Source: Callorhinchus milii (lineage: Eukaryota). Taken from it: a DNA stretch of 64,000 nucleotides. Positions 11,976 to 22,230 of the stretch are shown in pieces; position 1 is the stretch's first letter; each line of letters begins with the position of its first letter. The notes below the pieces were generated by a model. The model was not told the DNA's origin. It saw nothing but the letters and a program-made list of their open reading frames with translations, and ran no database searches. The stretch lies in NCBI RefSeq assembly GCF_018977255.1, contig NW_024704742.1, forward strand, positions 38,008,001-38,072,000, in the 5' to 3' direction. Position numbers and translations under genes: made by a program.

Positions 11976-13066
11976 CATTTGGTCTATCGCCTTTCACATC
12001 AGGAGGGTGTCCCAATAGCGCTTCACATGATTTACTGTGTGTTTTGTGGATGTGTAAAATTGTGATTCAATGTTCTGTATCATTCTGTGAAGTTCTGGAT
12101 ACATATTTGTTTCTAACCCTAGTTTCTACCCCAACCCCCGCATCCAGGACAACATGCTATAAATCCATTGGGTGGTCGGGTGCCATGTGTTTTTTTTTCT
12201 ATCTACGGTATTCAGATCTTCCTCACAAGTATTGCTTCTTTCGAGATTAATCTACACGATAACTATGTAATAACCTGTGCAATTACTGTACCAATCCTTC
12301 ACCTTTGCAAATATTTGGGCTGTCTCATTTAATGAGAGTAATGTGACAGTCTTGAGGAGGACAAGACATCTTCAGTTTCATTCCCAGACTAGGCTGCATG
12401 TGATCATGCAGAAATCATATTCAAACAGCAAGAAACACTTGATGAAAACCTAGATGCTTTCTTAAATGTCCTGGGTAGCCATGAATAGACGGGATGGTTA
12501 ACCCCAAAAAAACTAATGTAACTGTAGTCACTTACTTGTCGCGATCGCTGCGGACAGTGAGCTTTGCTAATGAGTTTAAAAACTGTAGTAATGGGGGAAG
12601 CTGAAGAAAAAAGATGTTTTACTCATTATAGTGTGGTGCTTGAGCGTGTCCAGTGGGCAGAAAATCTCCTTCCAGTCCAGTAACCAAGGAACTGGTCCAA
12701 GTGTCTTCCTAGTTACAACACTAAGACCACATGAGTAAAACTTGACCAACTGTAGCCCAGGCCCCAAATGATAAGGTTTCAGTGCAGGGCAAAGTCAGCC
12801 ACTCAAACTGACATGACAACTTTTAATATATATATATATATACATAGAACTATATTGAATCTAGAGCACTGATACAGGCCATTCGATCCAATCTTGTCTG
12901 TGTCGGCTATTATACTCCACGTGAGCCTTTAATCATTCTAATCCTCCATTCATTTTGTAACTACCTGTAGGACATTGCTCTGCACAATTGGGTTGCTGCA
13001 CTTCTCTACAAATATAGTCACTCCACTTCACAGTAAACCCTGTGTAGTTTATTTCTTTCTCGTGGA

Positions 13067-13470
13067 GTGGAATCCTGCAGCTTAGTGGTTAGTTCATTCG
13101 CCTCGCAAGCGAGAGGACCTAGGTTCGATTGATTGGGCAGGTGAAATACTGGGCAAGTTTCCTTATTCCACACGCCGCTGTTTAGCTAGCAGTAAATAGG
13201 AACCCGTTGTTAATCGATTGGCGGATCGCTTTCCGGTGTAATAATCCCTTCCCTTCAAATATATATATATATAAATGAATGAATGAATGAATGATAATAA
13301 TTTGGTCACTCAATCCACGACTGTTTGTGGGACACTGTGCATGCAATTGGCTGCCTCATTTCGCCCACAAAATATACAGTCAATTCACTTTACAGTATAT
13401 TCTGTGAAGCGCTTTGAGATGTTTTGAAGGCATGTTGAGGCGCTATATAAGTGTACGGATTATTATTCTA
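13067..13470 (+). mobile_element. Full-length tRNA-derived SINE, long subfamily
   Basis: tRNA-like head with B box ggttcgatt, ctgtttagctagcagtaaataggaacc block, Deu-like domain, tail. Confidence 0.9.
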
Positions 13471-13479
13471 AATTTTTCC

Positions 13480-13630
13480 CTTTTGAAAGCAAATATGGAT
13501 TCTGCTTCAACTACTGCTCCCGGCAGGGCATCCGTATCCCAACCATTCTGTGTGAAAAAAAATCTCCTATCCTTGCCATTTGTTTGTTTACTTATTACCT
13601 TAATTTGATGCCCTCTAGTCACTGATGCAG
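13480..13630 (-). mobile_element. CR1-clade LINE ORF2 C-terminal fragment
   Basis: Translation TRGHQIK...RRFFFTQ...ALPGAVVEAESIFAFKRE resembles the CR1 ORF2 C-terminus (TRGH..FF.QR..WN.LP..VVEA..FK). Confidence 0.8.
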
Positions 13631-14155
13631 CGACCAAATTTAGTGTGCTTATGGATTCTTGCAATAAGTACAGTGTTAGACAGAAATCAAGTACATAAAT
13701 GCGGGTTCTCAAAATAGTGTACAGTAAATAGATAATTATCTGCATTAATTGGGACTGGCCCCAGTGTGGATAAGCAGACAGTGTGGATAATTGGACACCA
13801 CACAAAATACAAATTGGTTACAGCACTAACTAAAAATTGTTGGGACTTGCATACAACTGGATCATATGCCAGGATCTCAGAGCCCACTTGCCCACATGTG
13901 GTTGATTATCATGCAGATAGCCAGTTTTAATCTAGCAGCATTTTTATAGCTCAACGCTTTATCTTAAGTCATGTTGACCAGGCTGCTTGACTGTGAAGGC
14001 ATTATGACAACTTCACATGATGTCCACACTCACAAGTAGGGTCATCAGCCAGTAATCAGGAGTACGAAGACTGTTTGTGTTTTTTTTAACCTTTCATAGC
14101 CCATGGACAGTAATTATAGTGTTCACCGTTTACTTCTAAACTTTCCATAGAAATG

Positions 14156-14488
14156 TAATAATAATAATAATAATAATAATCCTTGCATTTGATATAGCGC
14201 TTTTCACGTCGGGAGGACGTCCCAAAGCGCTTCACAGAACACACTGTAAAGTGAATTGACTGTATATTTGTGGGAGAACGCGGCAGCCAATTGCGCACAG
14301 CAATGTCCCACAAACAGTCGTAGATTGAAAATGACTAATTTATTATTGTTTTTGGTTTTGGAGGGATTATTATTAGGCTCTGTGTGGAGTAAGGAAACTT
14401 GCCCAAGGTTTCGCCCTCTGCCTGGAATTGAACTCAGGTCTCTCGCTTGCAAAGCGAGTGCTCTAACCACTGAGCTACAGGACTCCAC
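14156..14488 (-). mobile_element. Full-length young SINE, short subfamily (SINE2-1_CM-like)
   Basis: A box tagctcagtgg, anticodon arm ctcgc-tttgcaa-gcgag, B box gagttcaattcc, Deu-like domain, tail. Nearly identical to the 29.7 and 50.8 kb copies. Confidence 0.93.
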
Positions 14489-14524
14489 AAATGTACAAAC
14501 ATTTCAGCACAGAAGGGCTTGGGT

Positions 14525-15250
14525 GGGGGGGCGGGCGAGGGTAAGCAGGGTCTCCTTGGATCTGAACTGGCTCCAAGGTACATGCCTGGTAATGGAATGT
14601 TGTAATCTAGCCAGGCCTCTTTGGCGGTCCCGGTTCCTGAACCAGGCCCCTCTGCAATATTCCAGGGCACTGCTGATGACAACACAACCAACCTGGCTCA
14701 TTGGCAGGACCAGGAAGCGCAGACCAGTCACTGGAGGCAGACCAGTCATCCCGCTCAGCTCCTGTTAACCCTACAGCCAAAGCTGTAACTGGTAAGGTAG
14801 TCCTAGCTGGACAAGCAGCGGGGAAGCTTGCCAGACAGCAATATCAATGACAAACTATGCGGTTTTAGCTGATTAGACTGCAGCAGTGTCCCAACACACA
14901 CTCTGGGGTCCTCAAGCCTTGTCTCTTGCCAACCTGTGCCTAATACTCTATGAAATTAGGTAAGCAGGATGTGTTCCTCCAGGGAGAGAGTGCACATTCC
15001 ATTGCAACCATCTATCTCTGGGATTTCCATGCGTAGGTGGGACGCATGAAATTCTCAGTTTGGTTTGGATACTCTTAAGCATGGTGATGGATTTCCGCGT
15101 GTGTCAGACACCAGGCTGACCAAAGAAAAAGGAAGCCAGCCGTTTCGTCCATCCTGTTGGTACCTTGTCATACATCCTATCGTCAAATCCACAGAACCAG
15201 AATCATCCACGATCTCCAGTGGTCTCGCAGAGCATAAGCCGCTGTGCACA
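14525..15250 (-). mobile_element. Dispersed repeat family X, copy 1 (possible DIRS/Ngaro deletion derivative)
   Basis: Aligns by eye to 53240-53585, 59690-59845, 42650-42930 and 63165-63400. Minus-strand fragments LARDKA*GPQ, EYCRGAWFR and RHVP. Confidence 0.7.
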
Positions 15251-15264
15251 CATATGTATGAAAA

Positions 15265-15531
15265 TAGTAATCCCTCAAAAGAACAATAATAAATTGGTCA
15301 TTTTCAATCCATGACTGTGGGACATTGCTGTGTGCAATTGGATGCCGCGTTCGCCCACAAATATACAGTCAATTCACTTTACAGTGTGTTCTGTGAAGCT
15401 CTTTGGGACGTCCTCCCAACGTGAAAAGCGCTATATCAAATACAAGGATTATTATTATTATTCTGTGAAGCGCTTTGAGACGTCAAGAAGATGTGAAAAG
15501 TGCTACATCAAATGCAAAGATTATTATTATT
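15265..15531 (+). mobile_element. SINE 3' part with two consecutive tails
   Basis: ttctgtgaagc...aaat(a/g)caa(g/a)gattattattat occurs twice in tandem. Confidence 0.88.
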
Positions 15532-16277
15532 AGTGTATCTGAGACCTGTAGAATCTGTGTGACATTAGGAGAAAACAAATCAAACTGAAAGCAATAACAG
15601 ATGTGGCTCCAGGTCACAGTGTACAGCCGCTGGCTGAAGCTGCAGCTCTTTTTCCCCCCCTGCGTGTGAGCAGCTGGAGAATTGCTGAATATTTTTGTAT
15701 CCGTGGTAACCACTGAATGACTTCCACGCCATCATCTTTAGTCACCTATGCAAATAAAGGGACCTGCTTTTAAATTCATATCCACAGGGGTGGAGTCTGA
15801 ATTGTTAAACGAAAACAAATTCTGTTCAGTATCTTTGATAATTTGGATCTGGTGACTGAGTTAGCTTTTCTTTTAACAGCCTGAGGCAACACTTGCATGT
15901 CTTAACGTTTGCTGGCACTGACGAGGATATTGTGGGAAGCTGCTCAGTGTCAGGTGTTTTTTCTCATGGAAACTGGCAGCCAGTGAATCGAGCACTCCAT
16001 GACTTCATAGTTTCAGCTCAGGTTTCTTGACCTCATTGGGGTTGGTTGTGATTGGTTCATTGGCAGGAAAGTAATTTGAACAGTTTCTTTTGCATGTCTG
16101 ATAGAAGTTTCCTTGCTGGGAGATGCAGTTGCTGAGGTCACCTGCGCCTTTTGTGCCTTCAGCAAACCTTTCCTGTGTTTTGCTTCAGTTTGAATCCCTT
16201 GCTGGTTTAGTCATTGCTAGGAAAGCCTGTACTGCTGGTTCACTGATACAAGCTTATGTCTCTATGTTTGCCCACAG

Positions 16278-16297
16278 AACGGTGTGCCAGGCTTGAG
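16278..16297 (+). other. Candidate 20-nt microexon, or 3' end of an alternative first exon
   Basis: ctgat branch-like site, tgtctctatgtttgcccacag acceptor, gag|gtacgt donor, in repeat-free sequence. Confidence 0.35.
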
Positions 16298-17389
16298 GTA
16301 CGTACTTAAATGTGCTCTATCTCTTTCTGCAGCTGAAAAGTCAGGCATTTTGAGTAGTCAAACCCAGTATAAGTTTTGATGCCCGATTGAAAAGATTCAG
16401 TGCACCTTTCGATCCCACTGACTAAATTTAAGGCCATTGATCTAAGTCAGTCTAATGACCAAATCTTTCAGGGAGTAGATAGCCTAAGTTTTGAATCCAA
16501 TGCCTTTGAGTATCATTCAGTATGCATATAGTCTGAAATCGTCGCTAAATTACTGCGCAAGACTGTAAAGAACTTTGAAATTTGTTCTTTATTTATATTG
16601 GTGGTTTAACACTGTTTTCCTCCCCCCCTCCCTCCACCTTGCTTTCCCACCAAACGCCTAAGTAGTCGGAACTGTTCATCACTAGATTAATGTGCGAGTT
16701 TCAACAGTTTAAACTGCAATATGGATCCTCGTAATTGATTAACACGGATGGTTTATATTGTGATTTCTTGTTGTTTTATTGTGGTTCATGCACTCAAAAG
16801 GGTATTCATTTATTTTTTTCTGTTGAAATTCAATTGTGTGTGATTTGTTGGTACAGTATAGGAGATTCGCTTTGCAAAAGCGATTGGGAAATTCCAGTGG
16901 AACTCCTGGTATCGTCACTTGGAGCAAAGCTTTGTGCTGTTCGGTTGCCTAGTGCTTTAGTTTATCATTTACAAATCCCTGGCCTTAACTAGTTCCAAAC
17001 GATACATAGACATTGAACGCTTTGATAGCCAGCTATGTTGTTACTTGGCAAGCTTGCAATAGGTTGATCACAGTAGTTTATCCTCTATTGTGAATGTGCT
17101 CGTGAATCAAAGGCATTGAGAATTGTGACATAGAAAAATTGAATTAAATGTGAAGTTAAAGCTGTATATAGTGTTAAGAGTACTCAGAGTAGTACTCTTA
17201 ACGACTAAGAGTTTAAAGAGTATAATGTCTGAAACTATCCAGCTCGTTTCCTGCAATATACATGTCATCCTTACCCTGGATTCTATTACTAACGTGTAAT
17301 CACTACAAGGTCACCATATTCTCTGCTTAACCAATTTCTTGCCCAAAGTGAACAGCAAAATCAAAAGGAAGCTGCAGAAAATGAATGTA

Positions 17390-18202
17390 ACAAGACCGAG
17401 GCCCTCCTGATTGGCTCCCGTCAGCACCTCCACACCTCAGGCACTGACAGCATCACCATCCAAGGATGCACACTCCACCTCATTGAGCCAGTCTGTCATC
17501 TTAGCATCTTGTTTGACCCTCAACTATTCTTTCCACCACACATCCATGCCATGACCCACTCTGCCATCCTTCATCTCTACAAATCCCCCGGCTCCGCCAC
17601 TGTCTCACACCGCAGGCTGCCGAAACCTTCATGCATGCATTCATAACATCCAGGCTTGATTCTGCCAACTCCTTCCTCCATAGGCTGCAGATTATCCAGA
17701 ACTCTGCAGCCCGCGTCCTCTCCCGCACCAGGCTCCGTGACCCTATCACCCCCATCCTCGCCCGACTTCACTGGCTTCCCATCACACAAAGTTCAAGATT
17801 CTGGTCCTCACCTTCAAAGCCCTCCATGGCCTTCTACCCCCTTATACCTCTGCAACCTCCTAACTCCCCACCAACCTCCCTGCTCCCTCCACTCAGCGGG
17901 CTCCAGCCTGCTTCACATCTCCACCTCGCCCGCCCCACCATTTGCGGGCCTTCAGCCACTTGCCCCCACCCTCTGGAACTCCATCCCGCAGTCCCTCTGC
18001 CTCGCCTCCTCCCTTGCCTCCTTCAAGTTCTGTCTCAAGACCCTCCTCTTCAAACGTGCCTTCGATCACCCTCCTTCCCCCACTGCCTTCCACCCTCCTC
18101 GACCCCCAGCTCGGTTGCGAAACAGTTGATTGTCCAGCGCTTTGGGAAGTCATCCCGACCTGAAAGACCCTATACAAATGTAATTTTCTTGTTGTTGTTG
18201 TA
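17390..18202 (+). mobile_element. L2 3' fragment with frameshifts and internal deletions
   Basis: HAFITSRLD...[44 protein letters not shown] and tail; collinear with 11050-11965. Confidence 0.92.
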
Positions 18203-18878
18203 ACTGTAATTTTATAGTAATATCAGTATTCTCCTTGAGTTTTCCAGGTTGACAAGTTGTTGAGGTGAATTTGCAGTTGAAATGTGAACTTGACTGTGGG
18301 GTGATAATGTGACATGTGATCAGAATCACAAGATGCATATTTCATCCCCTTTGTCTTCAAGGCTGGCCAACTGATGTCGGAGCAAGGAGTCAGCTTTTTT
18401 CTAAATCCCTTAGTTCAGCAACAAATACGATTGCTGTAAAACTTTGCTTAGGGAGCAGCATTTCGAGTCTCTGCTGTCATCTTTTCTGCTACAATGAGCT
18501 CTTGTGATTTTTTTTGAATGAGGGGATTTTTAAAATTATATTTGCATTATATTTGCATTGGTGCAAAACATGTTTGCATTGCCCTTGGTGACATTTTGTT
18601 ATGATCTTCTTAAACAAAGCCATCTTTCTGTGCTTCATGCAAAGGAGGAAGCAAAGAGTGCATTATTTGTTAATAAAGTCAGCACAACTGTGACTCAGTA
18701 CTCTAGGGGTGATGCATGTTTTGATGTAAATTATTTTGGTTTAAATCCATCGAGCCAGGTGTTTACTAACCCACAGAATGTTGCTTACTTAATTTTTTCA
18801 GTCTTTATGGATAAAATAGGCAGCTGTGTCAATGGCAGCCTGTGCATCAGATGCCGAATGTTACCCCTATGTGTTCCT

Positions 18879-19212
18879 TAATAATAATAATTCTTGCATT
18901 TGATAAAAAGCTTTATCACTTCATTGAGATGTCTCAAATCACTTCACAGAATATACTATAAAGTGAATTGACTACATTTTGTGGGCAAAACAAAATTGTG
19001 CTCAGAGTGTCCCACAGTCGTGGATTCAATGACCAAATTACTATTATTATTTATTTTTTGTTTGAAGGGATTATTACCCCCGGAAAAGCGATCCATCAAT
19101 CGACTAACAACTGGGCTCCTATTTACTGCTAGATACATAGAGACATGTGGAGTAAGGAAACTTGCCTAATGTTTTGCCCTGCCCGGGAATCAAACCCAGG
19201 TCCTCTTGCTTT
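18879..19212 (-). mobile_element. SINE, long subfamily
   Basis: Reverse complement includes the B box, the ctagcagtaaatagg block, Deu-like part and tail. Confidence 0.88.
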
Positions 19213-19819
19213 CGTGGGCGGAAATCCCCCTGCCCCTGTAGATCTGAAGCTGTACTTGTACTTAATGATTTTACTGACTTCAGGCAAGAAACTCTGATTT
19301 ATTTCTACAAGGCTCACGGCCTCACAATTCATTGACTAATTATAAAGTGTGAAAACAATGTTTGCGATACGAGTTAGATTTTAAAGCAGTCAGGGCAAAC
19401 CTGGTTTCATCAGTGCCAGAGTGGCATATTTCAGCAAGATAGTCTGACACTAGGTCCATAAATTTTAGTCTTTGTGAATATAGTTCTGCATTTATAGGGC
19501 AGGCGAGATACCTAAGTTCAAATTCTTGCAGAGGAAAACACTGTAAAACTTCATCGGGGGGAATTGTGAGGTATCTTGATAAGAGGCCAAAGAGTAGCCG
19601 AGTTATAGGAAGATTGTCTAGGAAACCGCCTGTATTGCAGTGAAACTTGGACCTGAGGCATGTGAAGAATGTCAGTGGCATGCTCGAGTGGAGGGCTTCA
19701 GAGCAGAGCCCCCTGAACAAAGCGCACTGCCATGTGTTGTGAACCATGCAGTTTCATGGCAACAGCCCCTGTGGAATGATTTCATTTTAAAAAAAGGTAC
19801 TTAGAGTAGAGTGCGCGTC

Positions 19820-20225
19820 TGGCCCAGTTCAAGTCAGAAGGTTGTGGGTTCAAGAACTCCTCTAGTCTTCTATAGTGGGGGTGCACTGCATTGTCGTAGG
19901 TTCGATCCTTCGGATGAGTTGTAAAACTGAGGCTCTGTCTGCTTATTCAGGTGGATGGTAAAGATACCATGGCACTATTTAAAAACAGAAGGGAGTTTCT
20001 CCTGGGGTTCTAGCCAATGTGTGATTTGTTCTTTACTTGCATTGTGGTGGTTTACACTGCCATCCTTTCTTTCCTCTCCCCTCTCACTAAACTCCAAAAA
20101 CTCAGATATCTTCATCACTGGATTAATGTGCAAGTTAAAATTGGTTATTCACTTTGTGGTTGTTTGTGGAACATTTCTGTGCACAAATTGATCGGTGCAT
20201 TTGTCCCCAAAACACGCAGTCACTA
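19820..20225 (+). mobile_element. Old SacSINE1-like Deu-SINE
   Basis: agtcagaaggttgtgggttcaag...ttcggatgag...ctgtctgc...caggtggatggtaaagataccatggcactattt...gtttgtggaacatttctgtgcacaaattg. Confidence 0.75.
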
Positions 20226-20246
20226 TACTGACATGAAAGGTGCTAA

Positions 20247-20822
20247 ACAACAAAAACAACAACTTGCACTTATAGCACCCTCCATGAAGGGTAGTGTCTC
20301 AGAATGCTTAACAGTGGCGGAGCCTGTCTCCGAGCCGGGGGGAGGTGACCTTAAGCACGGTCGAACAGGCAAGTTTTCAGGTGGGACTTGAAAGAGGGGA
20401 GAGATGGGGCGAGGCATAGAGATTGAAGGGAGAGTGTTCCAGAGTTTTAGGGTGTAATGGCTGAAAGCATGACCTCTGATGGTGGGGCAGAGGGTGTGAG
20501 GGACGAGCAGGAGGCCGGTGCCAGTCGAGCAGAGGCGCCAGGTGGTGGATTGGCGAGTGAGGCGGTCGGAGAGTTAGAGAGGTGCCAGAGAGTGAAGGGA
20601 TTTGAATACAAGAGTGAGGATCTTGAAGTCATTCCGTTCGGTGATGGGGAGCCAATGGAGCCTGACCAGAACTGGTGTGATGTGGGTATGGAGTTTGGTC
20701 CGGGTCAGTACGTGGGCAGCAGAGTTCTGAATGAGCTGGATCTTTTGAATGGTGGAGCTGGGGAGATCGGGGAGGAGTGCGTTGGAGTAATCCAAGTGCG
20801 AGGTGACAAAAGCATGCACCAA
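20247..20822 (-). mobile_element. L2 3' fragment
   Basis: ORF 20574-20864 [14 protein letters not shown]...IQNSAA...LHWLP, with L2 tail near 20250. Confidence 0.92.
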
Positions 20823-21171
20823 ATTATTATTATGATTATAGTAGATAGAACATGACCTGAGCACACACCATCACTATAACCCATTATGAAGAATAGCAAA
20901 TTCAGTTTAATCTATTTTTCAAGTCAATGTGGAGTATCTATTTGTTTTTAATTGCCAGATCGTCAATGCCTTTAAGTTTCTAAGTGCAGGAGCTGGACTG
21001 CCTGCAATTTAATGGACTGATTTTTCACTCTGTATTTACAAGGGCCTTGGGGCAACTTCACATAAACCTAGAGAACAAAAGGAAATAGTTCTTCACCCAC
21101 GTCGGTGAATGTGCTGCATAGAAATGCAGGGAGCAAAATAAATCCCTCTGAGTTCACGATCTACATTTTGT

Positions 21172-21380
21172 TTACCGAGCAGTAAGTAGCAACCTGGTTG
21201 TTAGTTGATTGGTGGATCGTTTTGAAAAAAATGTGGTCACTCAATCCACAACTGTTTGTGGGACACAGCAATTGGCTATTGTGTTTCACCCACAAAATAC
21301 AGTTAATCCACTTTACCGTATATTCTGTGAAGCGGTTTGACACGTCTCAACGACGTGATAAGGCGCTATATCTAACAAAA
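21172..21380 (+). mobile_element. SINE, long subfamily, 5'-truncated
   Basis: tttaccgagcagtaagtag...ttagttgattggtggatcg, Deu-like part, tail. Confidence 0.8.
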
Positions 21381-21524
21381 TAATTTAGAGTACATTTCCT
21401 CCTTTTCCCTTTCCCAGTGCTAACATGTGCTATATTAGATGATACTTAATCCTGTCCTGGATTATTGAGTTTACCTGATGATTCAGTTGGTTGATCTATT
21501 TTCTGGGATGAAAGTGAGCCTAAG

Positions 21525-22230
21525 CAGTATCCCTGCCCTGGTCTGGGTTTGCTGATTTAAGCTGGCTCAGTCGAGGTACTGTAGCATGGAGTTCTGGTTA
21601 GAGCATTTGCCGAGAGGACCTGGGTTCAATTCCTGACAGGGCGAAACATTAGACAAGTTTCCTTACTCTACACGCCTCTGTTTACCAAGTAGGAACCCAG
21701 TTATTAATCGATAGGCGGATTGCTTTTCCAGGGGTAATAATCTCTTCAAAAACAAAAATAATGTTAAAAAATAATGATTTGGTCCCTCAATTCACGACTG
21801 TTTGTGGGACACTGCTATGCGCAATTGGCTGTCGGGTTTTGCCCACAAAATATAGTCAATTCACTTTACAATAAAGCACTTTGAGACATCTTGAAGATGT
21901 GATAAGATGCTATATCAAATGCAAGGATTATTATTATTGCCTGAGCTAGGGAGGGATCCTGGGCAAGGTTCCTGCACCTGTTCCATATTAAGTGACTTCT
22001 GCTGCAAGTTGTGTGTTTGGAGATGTCAAGGTAAGGGCGGAGCCTGGGAGGGCGGGGCAAGGGGGCATATAAAACAGGAGGATCAGGTAAGGATGGGGTT
22101 AGGTCAAATAAGGAGGGGGGAGGGCAGGCAGGTAAAGGATGGAAGGGCTGTTGTTCTCAACAGTTGAATAGCCTGAAGAAACTTGCTGTTGATTGTCACA
22201 CATGAAGATACCAACTTAGATAATGTGCAA
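21525..22230 (+). mobile_element. Old AmnSINE2-like element interrupted by a younger SINE
   Basis: gctgatttaagctgg before 21586, then cctgagctagggaggga...ggttcctgcacctg...gtgacttctgctg...gttgaatagcctg...cacacatgaaga after 21938. Confidence 0.55.
21586..21938 (+). mobile_element. SINE, long subfamily
   Basis: Partly deleted tRNA head, gggttcaattcc, long block, Deu-like domain, tail. Confidence 0.88.

Noticed and set aside
14086..14313. Recurrent ORFs ending IKCKDYYYY as a peptide family
   Set aside because: These are translations of the SINE tail and (TAT)n microsatellite.
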